A program made the position numbers and the translations under genes. Under the pieces are notes generated by a model that saw only the letters and a list, made by a program, of their open reading frames with translations, did no database searches and was not told where the DNA came from. Below are positions 22,573 to 41,144 of a DNA stretch of 64,000 nucleotides, piece by piece. The first letter of the stretch is position 1. Each line of letters starts with the position of its first letter. This stretch comes from Neocallimastix sp. 'constans' (Eukaryota): contig JBODTK010000010.1 in NCBI GenBank assembly GCA_050613775.1, forward strand, positions 558,001 through 622,000. The letters run 5' to 3'.

Positions 22573-22859
22573 ATTAATGAATAGAAAAGTAAATAAAGAT
22601 AAGTTTTCCTTATTATTATTACTAATATTATAATTATTATTATTTTTTTTGAAGATAATATATTATAATTATTATTATTATACTATACAGAAGTAATTAT
22701 CGCAACTTTTAACTTTATTTATTTATTCATTTATTAATTGCATGAATATTTTTTTTTTTTAAAAAAAAATATAGGAATTAATGAAAATAAAAATATTATT
22801 TATCCAATTAGAACATGATAAAATTTAAAATAGTAATGTGAAATAAAAAGTAATATTCA

Positions 22860-23840
22860 AAATAAAGTGTATAAATAAATTCAGAAAAAAGTTCATAGGC
22901 AACGAACCTTACAACCAAGATTATAAGATTTCTGTTTAAAGGGAATTCTTATTCCCGATAAGGGTTTGAATTGACTATCTGAAAGAAATTATGGTCTTTT
23001 CTTTCAGAGGCATTGACCCTATTAGCCTGTGTTACTGCATTTTCAACGTTGAAGCTCCTGGTTAGTTTGCGCTTTTACCGTCGGAATAGTAACCCTTGTA
23101 GAGTACTAGGGATAATTTCTGTCAGATCGCACCAAGAATGTCGTTTTTACATTTTAGAGTAATCACCAGAAATGATTTGGTTATTAAACAAAACATCCCG
23201 TTCCTTTTTATAATTTAAATCAATAATATTGGCATCTCTTACACCAAAAAGGAAATTTTATAATTAGGTACCACATCACATATATATTTACACACACATT
23301 ATTCAGAAAATTACTAATATTAACACAAGTATAACCAATTGGTCTATCCATAACATTATTAGTAACAACACTATTATTTTCACTCTCACTAATATTAATA
23401 TTTCTATTTTCACTATTACTATTATTATTATCAATAATATTATTTCTTTTATTATTATTATTAATATTAAATACTTCGTTACTACTATCAGAATCAGTAT
23501 TTGATTCAACATTATTCATATTTATGTCAACAGTGTTTACATTACTATTTGATATTGGACAATATTTAGAAATTACAAAAATTTTTTCATAAAGGATTTT
23601 AATATCATAATAATATTCTATTCGAAATTCATAGAAAAGATGGCATTTAGAAAACCAATATTCCAACAAGGATACAGTTCTTGACAATCTTCTTCAGTCG
23701 TATTGGTGATTTTGGTAACACGAGTATCCATTTTATATCCACATCTGGTACGAAGTAAATACCCATCAGAAATCAATGCTATATTCAGGATATTTAAAGT
23801 TGTGCTTTGGCTTGTCTCTAGTTTTCTCAAATTCATTTTT
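22860..23840 (-). pseudogene. Decayed 3' fragment of a LINE (same family as 58500-63360)
   Basis: Reverse complement of about 62080-63200; remnants LLRTRCGYKMDTR and YWFSKC (C-terminal zinc finger) and a shared 3' UTR. Confidence 0.8.
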
Positions 23841-23849
23841 CATGGAAAC

Positions 23850-26600
23850 CAAAGAATAAAAACGAATTAATTTTAATGTTACACCAAGCAAAGGAAATCT
23901 TCACTGAAATGGAAGAAACTAAATTAGATATTACAAACAAAAAGAAATTAAAATACCTACCTATAGAGCATTCTTATAGATGATTACAGCAACATTATTT
24001 AATTCGATTTGAAAAGAAATCAAGATTAATAAATGGAGATTCTTAAAAGAATTATTTTAGCACTATCACATGTTGAAAAATGTGATTAATCTTAAGAAAA
24101 AAAAATGAAAATGATAATCCTAAGGATATTGATTACCTTAGAGAACGGAAAAGAACTCCAAAATTAAACAAAAAGTCTTTTAACTTGAATAATAGTAAGA
24201 ATAATAAATGTAGATTTAAAAAGGATAATAAAAGTTATTGCTACATATGTGATATGAACGGATATTTCTCAAAAGAATGTCGTGACATTTTAATCTCAAA
24301 AATAGAGAAAATAATATTAAAAAATAAAAATAATAGCAACAAAGGGAGACAAAAGCAGCAACAATTGAAGAAACCTATTGGATTATTTAGAAAATTCAGG
24401 AAACTATAATAAATATAACAATAAAACTACTTTAAAAAACATCAGAAGTGAAGACTATTTTGATGATTCCAGTAATTATGATAATCATGAAGATGCTAGA
24501 GCACTAATGTATCAGAGAAAACAAAATAATAAAAATATTAATAATAAATATAAATTTATTGAATGTTATTCCAAATAATAATAAATATACTCATGATTTC
24601 GATAATATAAACAAAAAATCAATCAATTATATTAATTATAATTAAGAAATAACAGATAATGTTACATGATTTTATGATACAAGTACGGGCGAACATGTAA
24701 CATATGATAAGTCTTATTAACTTCAAATATGAATCAATAAAGTTGTGTTGTATAAAGTATTCAATTTACTAATTTGAAGGATATGGAACTTTTTATGAAT
24801 GTTTATATTAAGCTTGAAAAAGTTTTATCTTCTAAAAATGTTCACAAAAATCTTTTTAGTAGTATAGAACTTGAAAAATTAAGATTTATAAAAATCAAGA
24901 TTTATATCATTGACTCTTTTGATAGAGAAAAAACATGATTAAAATTATGGAATGAAAATAAAAATAATCTATGTACTTTCTTATCATCTAAACCTGATCA
25001 ATTTCCTATTAAAACACAAAATTTCATTTTTAATAAAACAACAGGAAATGATATTATACATATAAAAAAATTAGATGATAGAAGTATTGAAATATATCAT
25101 AAAATATAAAGCCATTTTTACCAAAGTAATTTATCAAAATATCTAAGTTTACATAATATTAAAATTCCTTAATGCATAGAATGCATAATTTCTAAGATGA
25201 AGAAGGGATCTCACAAAGGGAAATTTCTAAAATCATAAGAACTTCTAGAAATAATCCTTTCAAACATTTCTTGACTATATAAACTACCTATCGATAACAA
25301 GAAATACTTCCTTATAATGATGGATGAATTTTTAAGGAAAGACTGGATATATACACTCCAATTAAAGGCTGAACCTCTAGATGTAATAATTGAATTCTTT
25401 ACTTATTTAAATAATCAATTCAAGGATAATATAACCAAAGTATTTAAATTTGATGGAGGAAAGGGGTATAAAAACAAAAAGATAAATAAATATTGTAGAG
25501 AAATGACATTGAAAAAGTATATTTTCATTCTTACTGTCCAGAAATAAATGGATAAGTTGAAAAAACTAATAATAAATTTAGAAATTTAAATAAAAACATA
25601 CATGTATTAGGTTAAATTATTAGAAAACTTTTGAAATTATGCTATAAAATTCGTGTTATATGTATAACAAGATTTCACATTTAGAAAACAATAATTTAAT
25701 TCCTGATGAAGTATTTTATAATGAAAAAGTAAATATAAAACATCTAAGAACTTTCGGATGTGTATGTTACAACAAAGACCAAAATCTTCATAAGTCAAAA
25801 TTGAAACCAAATTCACGGAAGAATATTTTTTCTTGGATTTGATAAAAAGAAATGTTTATATATTATTATGAATACAGAAAATAGAAAAAAAATAATATTA
25901 ATGATATTAAATGTATTGAAGAAGAACAAAGAAACTTTGAATATCCAAGATCTCCATTTCTATTTTATGAAAATGAACATTAATGAGTAAAACATCAAAA
26001 ATAAAAATTTAAAGAGACTAATTATTTAAATGTGATTATTAATTTAAATGAAAATAATAATTTAAGCGAAAATAATAATATTAATGACGATAATAACATA
26101 AACTTAGATAATTATATTAGTGAAAATATTAATTATGATACTAATTTAAAAGAGAATAATATTTTAAATGAAGACAATAATGAAATTGACAACGATAATA
26201 ATAATAATTTGAAAAATAACATTTTAAATGAGAATAATAATGCAAATGAAAATTTAATTAGAAATAATAATTTTACAGAAAATGATAACTTATAAGAAGA
26301 AAATAATGATACAGAAAAAAATAGTTTAAATGAAGAAATTAATTTAAATGAAATTAATAATTTTTACAAAATAATTACAAATTAACAATAACAAAAATAA
26401 TAATTGAAAAGAAAAAAAAAAGAAAATATAATTTTAAAAGAGAATTATAATAAAAATAATAATAAATATCATAAAAATATCTTATATAATGTTCCTGCCA
26501 ATGATATTAATAATAAAATTAACTGTAATGAATTGAACACCAAAAATAAAAAATATTTAAAAAAGTACAAAAACCCAATGAACTCTTGAGGCTTTAAATA
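23850..26600 (+). pseudogene. Decayed Ty1/Copia gag-protease-integrase region
   Basis: CYICDMNGYFSKEC knuckle; YDTSTGEHVT protease remnant (~24677); FKFDGGKGY and KHLRTFGC integrase motifs in Copia order; many stops and frameshifts. Confidence 0.85.
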
Positions 26601-27017
26601 TTCTTCCTGATATAAATAATGACGAAGAAAGTTTAATTGAAATTTTCGTAAATATTATTATTAGTTTGAGATGAATTTTGAGTATTAGAATTATAGACGT
26701 CATATGAAGAAATATCATACGATCAATAGAAATTATGGTATCATTTGAAACCTCACTATAAGAATAGTTATTAAAAGTACTATAATTTTGATTATTAGAT
26801 AAATCAAGTAAAATTATTTGTAATTTTATTTGAGGGTATTTTGGAACTTTTTTAAAATTTGTATTTTTATTGATAAAAAAACTTTTTTAAAATTTATATT
26901 TTTATTGATAAAAAAACTTTTATTATTAAAATTTTCATCAATTTATGAAAAATTTTTTATGAAATATAATTTTATTGGAAATTTTAATATTTTTATGATT
27001 ATAATTAATACTGTTAT

Positions 27018-27404
27018 TGATATAAAACAAATATGTGTAGTAACATAATTGTATATTTAATATTAATTATTAAATATTAAATTTATATCTTTTTGATAAT
27101 AATTATTTTTTTTTTATTTTATTTCAATATGTATTATTATAATTATAATAATTATAATACTTTTTTCATATAAAATTTATATATTTCTATATATTAGAAT
27201 ATATTATTAATATATTACCTATTTCTTATAAATAGATTAGATTATTTATATTAGAAATAGAGAACTCTCTTGTAAAAATTTTAGGAATTAGAATTATAAT
27301 TTTAATTGTACGAATATTATAATATTATTAATAAAATTTACTAAACTACCATTATTTAAAACCCACTGCTTATAAATTATTGCACATAGAAGTCCCGCAT
27401 ATCA
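27018..27404 (+). repeat. Solo LTR of element C family (diverged copy)
   Basis: Colinear with 7582-7963 with scattered substitutions and small indels; flanks TTAT and CTAT (near-TSD). Confidence 0.92.
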
Positions 27405-27873
27405 CTATAAGAATAGTTATTAAAAGTACAATAATTTTGAGTATTAGATAAATCAAGTAAAATTATTTGTAATTTTATTTGAGGGTATGTTGGAACTTTT
27501 TTAAAATGTTTAATGAAGTTTAATAATATACTAAACATAAAATAATAATATTTATATAATATAACAAATAATATCAACTATTTATAATTAATTATAGCAA
27601 TTTTATTATATTATAATATATAGAAGAATTATATATTTTTAATATAAACTTTAAGATAAATAAGAATATATAAGTTATATATATTATATTAAGGAGAAAT
27701 TAATTATTTAATATATTTAATATTATAGTTAATAATATATATGTGAATATCAATTAATATATGATTAAGAAACAAATAATTATTTTAAAAATTATCCTTG
27801 CCAAAAAAGATATAACATTTAATAATTATTATTAAATTTCAAATATTTTACTACATATATTTACTTCATATCT

Positions 27874-27968
27874 ATAATAATAATAATAAAATTAATAATA
27901 ATAATAATAATAATAAAATTAATAATGATAATAATAATAATAATAAAATTAATAATAATAATAATAAA

Positions 27969-28008
<40 letters not shown>

Positions 28009-28026
28009 TTAATAATCATAATAATC

Positions 28027-28059
<33 letters not shown>

Positions 28060-28072
28060 TTAATAATAATAA
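27874..28072. repeat. (TAA)n-derived microsatellite
   Basis: TAA runs punctuated by AAATT. Confidence 0.85.
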
Positions 28073-30085
28073 AGCAAATATTATCTAATTCCAATTTTTA
28101 TAAAATTTTGAAATTAAGCTAAATAACTATTAACAAATTAATCAAAATGAATAAAATAAAAAGATAATAAATAAATACTATTATTAATTAATAATATTAC
28201 CAGTATATTTTGTTTTTAAAATTTATTATTAATATCAAATTTAATCATTAACAAAAACAAAAAAAAAACATAAAAATTTTTTAATTTTAAACAGGGCGTT
28301 ATTACTTTAATAATAATTTACGCCCTTTATTTATCTTTGTTTAATATAAAATTTTTTTGTATAAAATATATTGATTTTTTAATTTATTGTTATCCGTTAT
28401 AATATAATAGAATATTTTTAATTTATGATAATTAATTTAATTGATTCTTTGATATTCAAAGTTAAATTATATCTATTTATATAAAAAATTAATAAAAACT
28501 TTATAAAATATAAAAATTATCTATGTATGTAATATTAATTAAACAATCATGGGTTTATAAATGTGGCTGATATTATTATATAAAGTATGAATTTATGTAA
28601 AGAAAAATAATTATTAATTTATAACTATGGCTGATATCATCATGTAAAGTATGAGTTAAAAATATATTAATATACTATTATTTTAAATTACAATTTAATA
28701 TTTTTTTTAATTACAAATTATTACTATTATTATTATATTTTTTTTAATATATAAATATGTTAATTATTACTATTATTTTTAATTACAATCAATTTATTGT
28801 TTAACTATTTTAAATAACAATTTAATATTTTTTTTAATTACAAATTATTACTATTATTATTATTTTTAATAATAAAAATATGTTAATTATCACTATTATT
28901 TTTAATTACAATTTTAATTACAAATTATTATATTTTTTTTTTGATTACAATTTAATATACAATATACAATTTATTATACATTACAATTTATTATTATCAG
29001 TTTTTTTAATTATAATTATCATTATTATTAATTATTATATTATTTTTAATTATAATTTATTATTATTATTCATCATTATTCATCATTATTCATTATTATT
29101 CATCATTAATATGATCATGTACTACTATTTTTGTGGTTATAATTAATATTATTACTATCTATTATTATTTCTATTATTATTATTTCTATATATAATTATT
29201 TTTTTTATTAATATTATTATTGTTATTATTAATATTATTATTTCTTTTATTAATATTATTTTTGTTATTATTAATATTATTATTTTTGTTATTAATATTA
29301 TTTTTGTAATATTATTTTTTTATTATTGTTTTTTTGTAGTACTATTATTTTTTATTATTATTTGGGTTGTTTTTATTGCTTATTTTTATTGTGTCTTTAT
29401 TATTTAAATTATAATTATTTTATTAATTTATTTTATTTATTATTATTATTTTTATTATTTATTATTACTATTTTTATTATGCTTTTTTATTATGTATTAA
29501 TTATATATTTTAATATTAATTATATAAATGAATTTTAATGGTTTGGTTTATAATAAAATGAATTATTATATAAATGAATTTTAATGGTTTGGTTTATAAT
29601 AAAATGAATTATACAAGTTTAAACTATTTGGTTTAATAAAAAAAAAAAAAAACTTTAAAAAAATTGAAAATTACTTAAAAAGTAAATATTCAAAGTAAAA
29701 AAAAAAAAAAAATTAAATATCATAAAATATTAATTATTAAATAGTAATTTTAAAGTTTTAATAAAAATGATACATCAAAAATCAAAATAACATTTATATT
29801 ATTTTAATAATATTAATAATAAAAGATGGGAAGATGGGGTAAATATAAAAGTATAAATTAAAATAAATATCCATATTTCCAAAAAAAGAAATGTTCAGGG
29901 TAACAAAAATAAAAAAATGTTCAAGGTAACAAAAATATTTTTATTTTATGTTATAAATTATTAATTTTAAAATTTTAATAAAATAATGTATCGAAAATCA
30001 AAATATCTTTTTGTTAATCATTCTAATAATTTTTACTAATGATATTAATGAAAGATGGGGGAAGATGAGGTAAATATATACTTAA

Positions 30086-30119
<34 letters not shown>

Positions 30120-32571
30120 AAATAAAAACAAACATATTTTATAAATAAATTTAATAATATTTTTACTTTTTTTTGGTTTTTTTTTATATATATATTATTA
30201 TTATTAATTTAATTAACAATACTATTAAATATTATTATTTACAAAGAGTAACATAGATTTTAATTTAATTTTAAAGTTATTTTAATTAATTAATTAAAAA
30301 TAAATATTAATTAAATAAAAAAATGACACACATGTAATATATGAAATTGTTTTTAAAAAAGGAAATAAATTAAATTTTATATGATTTAATATGTATATTA
30401 CTATTTTAATTAACATTTTTAATTAAAAAAAGAATGATTTTCATGTGCGTCATTTTCTTATTTTAATAATTATTTCTACTAATTTAATTAATTTATCTTT
30501 TATTAGTTAATTAAAAAATAAAAATTAATTAATATCTATATTATAAAAAACAAAAATAGAAAAAAAAAAACTAATATTGCTTAAAAAAGGTAAATAATTG
30601 ATTATTATTACTATAAAAGAGTTTAATAAGAAATAAATAAGTTATAAAAAAAAATTACTGTAAAAAATAAAGTAATTTTAAATAAAAACAATTAAAAAAT
30701 TACTGTAAAAAAAAATTTAAAAAAAATTAAAAAATAACTCTGTAACAAAAAGAAAATTTAAAAAAAAAAAAAATTAAAAAATAATTCATTGCAAAAAAAA
30801 ATAATTTAAAAAAAATTACAAAGTAATTCATTGCAAAAAGTATATATATATGTAATTTAAAAAATAATAACAAAAATAATTTATATTTTTTTTAATAGTT
30901 AAAAATAAAAATTAATAATTTTTTGAATATTCATTAAATATTTGTATTGTTAAAATTATAATTAATTATATATTATAATTAATTCAAAATAATTAATTTA
31001 TATGATAAAACACAAAATTAATATTTTTGTTCATGTAATTTTAATGATTATAAAAATATTTAATATATTTTTTTTCTTATTTTTAAGGTTGATCCTTTTA
31101 CTATTGTTATGGTCATTATAATTATAAAAGATGAAGATCGATTTTATCTTTTTTTTTTTTATTAATTGTTATTATTTTTAATATGTGATAAAAATATTAT
31201 TAAAAAGTTTAATTAATATAAAAATTATTTACATAAAAATATATTATTTTTTAATGAAACGGAATTGATTTTCAAATTTATCTATCACAATAAATAGTAT
31301 ATAGAATATTCTCCAAAATAATAAATATTTTATTATTATTCATATTTATTATTAGAAAGGACTTAGCATTTTTACATAATTGGGATAATCATTTTGTAAG
31401 AATTATTAATTTATAAGAAAATCATTGTATGAAATAATTTGAATTTTTATATAATGAATTTACTTTAATGGGATAATCTTTTTGGTAGAATTATTAATTT
31501 ATAAGAAAATCATTATAGAAACAATTAAAGATATTTTGATTTTAATAGATGTATCCAAAAAAAAAAAAAAAAATAATAATAAAGAATTATTAATAAATAT
31601 ATATATATATTTTAGTATTAAAATCATTCACTTGAAAGAGCTTTTAAGATCAAGTTATATTCTAAATAGTATATGAATATATGACTCATTTGACTAGAAA
31701 TTTTTAGTTTATACTATCATATATTAATTAATAATATATAATAGTAATTAATTCCTGTTAAAATAGTTTTTTTCTTAGTAATGTCTTCTATATTATAAGA
31801 TTAAATGAGTCAACTAAATAAAAGCAATTTTTACTAATTATTAATTAGTATATATAAAGTAAATCCATTAATGAAGTAATCAATGAGCTATTTAATTTAT
31901 ATTTAATATTAATGTTTTAATATAGGTTTATTAGTAAAAACTTTAAAACTATATGTTTCTCCCAATAGGAGTTATAATATATGATTAAATGACTCATTTA
32001 AATAAAATTAAATCAAATAATAATAATTTTTAATAAATTATATCAAATAAAAATAAATTATTAAATAAAAAAATAATTTTTAATAAATTATCAAATAAAA
32101 AAATAATTTTTAAATGTAATCAAATAAAAATATTAATTTTTTTTATTATCAAATAAAATTAATATTTTTTAAACAATTTTTATATAGAAATAAATAATTT
32201 TTAATTAACTTTTATTAAAACTTATGTATTTTAATAAATTAAAATTTTAATAATATTACATATTTTAATATAAAGCTTGTATTAATATTATTTTGAATAA
32301 ATTTTATATTAAGATAAAAGATAATACAATAAATAATGAATAAAAAATATTTTTATATAAAAGGATAACATTTTTTCTAATATTTTTAAACTTTGTCAAT
32401 CATTTTATCTTTGACTTCAATAAATAAAAAATTAATTTTTCACTGGTTGAAAAAAAAAAAAAAGAGATAAAAAAATAATAAATAAAGAAATAAATATTAT
32501 TAGTAAATAATTAATTGTATATATAATTCTTTTATAATCTATTTTTTTTTTAATTTGAGTAAAAAGAAATA

Positions 32572-34350
32572 ATGCAATACAAAACATTATTCCAAATATT
32601 GGTCGCTGCTGGTGCAGTTAGAGCCCAATTTAATTGGGGTGATTTTAACTGGGGTAATTTTGGTTTTGGTAATGATAATAATAATGATAACAATAATTAC
32701 GATAATAACAACAACAACAATTACAACAGTAACACCAATAGCAATACTAACAAAGTTGCTCCATCAACTTTCTTTGATGAAAATGGTGCTTACTTTGGTC
32801 CAGACTGTGATCAAACTAACTACTCTGGTGCTTACTACACTGGTGATTATACCAGTCCATTCAAAACTTACTTAGGTAAGACTGATGAAGAAATTCAAAA
32901 GAAGTTAGATCAACTTTGGAATCATTACTTTAAGGGTAACAACAACAGTAAAGTATTTTATGACCAAGGAAATGAAGGTTATATTTTAGATGTTAACAAC
33001 AATGATGTTCGTTCCGAAGGTATGTCTTATGGTATGATGATCTGTGTACAAACTGATCACAGAGAAGAATTTGACAAGATTTGGAATTGGGCAAAGAACC
33101 ACATGTGGCATAAGAGTGGTAGCTGGGATGGTTACTTCGCTTGGAAAAGAGGATCAAATGGTTATGGTGGTGATGATAATTGTGCACCAGATGGTGAAAT
33201 GTATTTCATGATGTCTCTTCTCTTTGCTGCTAACCGTTGGAATAACAAGCAATACATGGATGATGCTCAATACATTTTAAAGAGAATGTGGGATAACAGC
33301 CAACACTCTCTTTTCAACCCAAGATATAATGTTATTACCTTCCAACCACAAGGTAATGAAAATAATTTCTCTGATCCATCTTACGATTTACCAGCCTTTG
33401 TTGATCTCTTCTCTCGTTGGTCAACAACTAATCAAGGCAAATGGAAGGCCGCTGCTTCTGCTACTCGTGACCATTTATACAAATCTTCAAACACTAAGTC
33501 TGGTTTATTCAGTGATTACAACAACTTTGATGGTACTCCACATTCTGTAAGTTATAACAGTAATGCTCAAAAGTATATGTACGATGCCATGCGTTGTGCT
33601 ATGAACTTTGGTATGGATTATTATCTCTTTGGTGCTGATGCTAAGCGTCAAACTGAAATGGCTAGACGTCTTATTGACTTCTTTGAAAAAGATGGTTACC
33701 AACATGCTCGTTTCAACTGGGATGGTTCAAACCCATCTGAACAATATACTTTAGGTGAAGTTGGTGCTAATGCAGTTGCTACCTACGCTTTAATGGGTGT
33801 TAATGGATACGAAGACATTATTAAGAAGAACTTAAAGATGGCTTGGGATGGTGAACCAATGACTGGTCAATACCGTTACTACGATGGTTTAGTCCACTAC
33901 TTATCTATGCTTCATCTTACTGGTAGTTTCAAAATCTGGAAACCAGCTCCAAATGTTCAAGAAAAGTCTATTACCTCTCCATATAATGGTAAAACTTACA
34001 ACACTGGTGATGTTGTTGATATATTTGAAGATTGTAAGCTTTACAAGGCTACTGTCTCTGGTGGATCTACTCCAGTTACTCCAAATCCTCCAGTTGGTGG
34101 TAAAAGTAAGTGTTCCTCTAAGATTACTTCTCAAGGTTACAGTTGCTGTTCTGCTAGCTGTGAAATTGTCTACACTGATGATGATGGTACTTGGGGTGTC
34201 GAAAATGGTGACTGGTGTGGATGTGGAGGAGGAGTTTGTGAAGGAGCTCAAGGTTACCCATGTTGTGAAAATAGTACTATAGTATATTACACTGATGACG
34301 ATGGTGACTGGAGTGTTGAAAATAATGATTGGTGTATCATTAGAAATTAA
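32572..34350 (+). CDS. Secreted glycoside hydrolase family 8 (xylanase/oligoxylanase-like) with two C-terminal fungal dockerin (CBM10-like) domains
   Basis: Signal peptide; GH8 motifs [23 protein letters not shown] and YDAMR; P/T linker; two GY.CC....VYTDDDG.W.VEN.DWC repeats; biased codon usage; no introns. Confidence 0.93.
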   Translation: MQYKTLFQILVAAGAVRAQFNWGDFNWGNFGFGNDNNNDNNNYDNNNNNNYNSNTNSNTNKVAPSTFFDENGAYFGPDCDQTNYSGAYYTGDYTSPFKTYLGKTDEEIQKKLDQLWNHYFKGNNNSKVFYDQGNEGYILDVNNNDVRSEGMSYGMMICVQTDHREEFDKIWNWAKNHMWHKSGSWDGYFAWKRGSNGYGGDDNCAPDGEMYFMMSLLFAANRWNNKQYMDDAQYILKRMWDNSQHSLFNPRYNVITFQPQGNENNFSDPSYDLPAFVDLFSRWSTTNQGKWKAAASATRDHLYKSSNTKSGLFSDYNNFDGTPHSVSYNSNAQKYMYDAMRCAMNFGMDYYLFGADAKRQTEMARRLIDFFEKDGYQHARFNWDGSNPSEQYTLGEVGANAVATYALMGVNGYEDIIKKNLKMAWDGEPMTGQYRYYDGLVHYLSMLHLTGSFKIWKPAPNVQEKSITSPYNGKTYNTGDVVDIFEDCKLYKATVSGGSTPVTPNPPVGGKSKCSSKITSQGYSCCSASCEIVYTDDDGTWGVENGDWCGCGGGVCEGAQGYPCCENSTIVYYTDDDGDWSVENNDWCIIRN

Positions 34351-35242
34351 AAAATTGATTAAATAATACAATATTTTTTTTTATTTTATTATTGTGTTTT
34401 GACAAAACAAAATTACAAATTGGTATTAAAATAAATAATTATTTTATTTTTAATATTGTATTTGTTTAGTAAAATTTTCATTTTCATTATAAAATAAAAG
34501 TAATATACAATATAAAAAAATTTCATTAATTTTAGTACATATAAAATAATATTAATATAAATTAATTTAAACGTATATTATATATTATTTTATAAGGAAA
34601 TTAAAAATTATTTGTCATAATTGAAGTCAAATTTAGAATTGTAAATAATCGTGATCTTTTACTTTTTTTTATGGAAATAATTGAAAATTATTTCTACACA
34701 AAAAAGTAAAAAAAGAAAAAAAAAATTTAATAAGGAAAAAAGGAAAAAAGGAAAAATATTGAAAAAAAAAATTAGATTTTTTAAAAAAAATTAATAAATT
34801 TATAAATTTAAAGTAAATATTCAGTATGAAAAAAAAAGAAGTAAACAACAAAAAGCAAAAATGAAAAAAAAAAAAATAATAAGATAAAATAAAAAAATGA
34901 AGTAAAATAAATAAAAGTAAAAATGAAAAAAAATTGTATAAATAATAAAATAAACCATAAATAAAAAATAAAATTTTACTAATATTAATAAAAAAAATTA
35001 TAAAAATGTACAATAAATATTTTTTTATATAAATAAAATTAATTTTGTGTTTTGTGTTTTTAAGTATTTAATGTTTATTATATAGATTAAAATTTAAAAA
35101 TTATTATTTTTTTAATGGTAGAACAAAAAATAATGAATATTAAAAATGTGACAAAAAAGTATTATACTTATTATTGTATATTGTAATGAAACCAACTTGT
35201 TTTAAATTTATTAAATTTAAGATTCATTTCCTTTGAGCTAGC

Positions 35243-35244
<2 letters not shown>

Positions 35245-35324
<80 letters not shown>

Positions 35325-35325
35325 T
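35245..35325. repeat. (TTA)n microsatellite
   Basis: Pure TTA run. Confidence 0.9.
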
Positions 35326-35517
35326 TATTTTTAATCTTTTTATTTTATTTTTTTTATTTTTATTTTTTATTTTTTTATTTTAAATTTATCATATTTAAAA
35401 GAAAAATCAGATTGACACGAGTTCCACTGTTAGGATATCCACCACTATACCAGTCGTTAATAACTCTTTTGAGTTACGTTTTGATTGAAATAGTTAAAAA
35501 AAAAAAAATAAAATGAG

Positions 35518-35550
<33 letters not shown>

Positions 35551-35794
35551 CACAACCAAAGAGTGCGCAACGTCAAATCGATATTGCAAAGAAGAACATA
35601 ACATTACTAGTCCTCCTAGTTTTTATTTAAACATAAAATAGTAATAATAAAACTTTTGTTATACCAACGAATCAACAGATATTTAAATTTCTTGATAATA
35701 TTTCATTATCTCTTTTTTTTTGGTTTGAGGGAGAGTTTAGTGGTCAACACGCTATCTACACTTTATATAGATGTCATACTTTTTTTGTTTTGCC

Positions 35795-38825
<3,031 letters not shown>

Positions 38826-38829
38826 TATA

Positions 38830-39364
38830 AGATTAGGAAGGGATCTCTCAAAAGTGGAAAAGGTAAAAAGAGCTACTATAAATAAACCATTCAGACATTT
38901 CATGGCCATATAATTTATCTATTAATAAACAAGAAATACCTCCTCACAATGATGGTCAAATTCTCAAGAAAAGTTTGGATATTTACTCTCAAGTCAATGG
39001 GCTGAAACTCCAAACATAATAATAGAATTCTTTACCTACTAAAATAATCAATTCAAAGATTATACGATAAAAATATTTAAATCTGATGGAGGAAAGGAAT
39101 ATAAATTTAAAAAAAAAAAAAAAAAAAATATTGTAAAGAAAATGACATTGAAAAAGTATACTCTACTCCTTATTTCCCAGAAATAAATGGAAAAGCTGAA
39201 AAAAACTAATAATTAATTTAGAAAATCAGCAAAAACACTCATATTTTAGGCTAAAATATCAGAAAACTTTTGGAAATTTTTTCTATAAACATGTTTGTTA
39301 TATATATAATATGATTCCACATTCAGGAAACAATAATTTAATTCCTGATGAAGTATTTTATAAT

Positions 39365-39397
<33 letters not shown>

Positions 39398-40374
39398 ATA
39401 AAGCATCTAAGGACTTTCCAACATGTATGCTAATATAGAGACCAAAATCCCCATAAATCAAAATTTAAACCAAATTCAAGAATAGGTAGTTTTCTTGGAT
39501 TTGATAAAAAAAAATATTCATATACTATTATAGATACAGAAAAAAAAATATATATATATATATATACTAATGATATTGAATATATTAATGAAAAACCAGG
39601 AAACTTTGAATATCCAAGCAATAGTTTTCAAGACCATTATTTCTCTTTTATGAAAAAGGACATTGATGGGGAAAACAACATAAATAAAAATTTAAATATT
39701 ATAATAATTTAAATAACAATTATAATATAAATAACAATAATAATTTAAATAACAATAATAATTTAAATGGTAATATTTATTAAATGAAAATATTTTAAAT
39801 GAAAATATAATTTAAATGAAGATAACAACTTTAATGATATAAACAATTGAAATGAGAACAATATTATAAATGAAGACAATAGTGAAAATAACAATGAAGA
39901 AAATAATAATATTATTAACAATAACAATTTAAATGTAAATAATGTAAATGAAAATTTAATTAAAAATAATAATTTTATTGAAAATAATAATATAAATGAA
40001 AAATAAAATTAACTTATCAGATCAGAAGAAAATAGTAATATCGGAAAAGATAATTTAAATGAAATTAATTCAAATAAAGAAATTAATTCAAATGAAATTA
40101 ATAATTCGGATGGAATTAATTTTTTACTCAAAAAAATAATAGAGAAATTAACAATAACAAAACTAATAATTCAAAAGTTATCACTTTTTTAAAAAAAGGA
40201 AAATATTAATATAATAATAATAATTCTCAGAAAAATGGCATACATAATATATTCCTGTCAATGATAAAATTGAAGGTCCTGGATTGTAAAATGAAATTGA
40301 AACATATTTATTAGATAAAAAACTCCCAATGAATCCTGACGTTATTGTAAATATTCTTCCTGTTAAAAATAAAG

Positions 40375-40414
<40 letters not shown>

Positions 40415-40900
40415 GTAAATAACAAAAATTTAAATTTTGATAAAAGTATAAAAAAAAGTTTTAATAATAAAAATTTTTCTATAATAACTTTTTGATAAAA
40501 TAATAATTCGATAAAAAAAAAATAGCATCAAATAGTAAAACAACTAATAATACAAATAATACTTTATTACACGTGATAAAATCTTACATAACTTCTCATT
40601 TTAATAATCAAATAATAATAAAACACCACATGATCATAATAATGATAAATATAAAATTATTGAAATTTCAAATAAAACTATGGATCATAAAATTTATCAA
40701 AAAATTGATGAAAATTTTAATAATAAAATTTTTTTTATTAAATAATGATAATAAAAATTCAAAAATTTAAAATTTCCAACACACCCTTCAAATAAAATTA
40801 TCAATAATTTACTTGATTCATCTAATACACAAAATGATAATACTTTTATTAATTATACTTTAGTAAGGTTTCAAATGATATCATAAATTCCAATGACTCG
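38830..40900 (+). pseudogene. Decayed Ty1/Copia integrase fragment (paralog of 25200-26600)
   Basis: KSDGGKEY (~39080) and TPYFPEINGKAE (~39165) remnants; nucleotide similarity to the copy at 25.2-26.6 kb. Confidence 0.8.
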
Positions 40901-41144
40901 TGTAATATTTCTTATAGAATAATTTTATATACACATATTCATCAGTAAACTAATGTATTCATTATAGAATAATTAGGTTTAATGGAGATTGTTAGAATAT
41001 GTAATATATATGAAAAATAAGTTTCAAATGTATTGAAACCTATTGCTAATATAAATAATGTATAAGTCACAATGTATTAATATAAAACCAAGAACAGCTA
41101 CTCCAAATTCTTTTTCTTTTTTTTTTTTTTTTATTGATACCATG

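Noticed and set aside
27861..31676. Short I/Y/F/L/K-rich ORFs in intergenic DNA
   Set aside because: Low-complexity AT-rich sequence without coding signal.
33901..34371. Antisense and alternate-frame ORFs over the GH8 gene (likewise over the deacetylase, pol and G/Q-rich genes)
   Set aside because: Shadow ORFs caused by codon bias of the real genes.
35400..35790. Possible minus-strand LINE 3' remnant next to a (TAA)n tail
   Set aside because: Too decayed to show any diagnostic motif.
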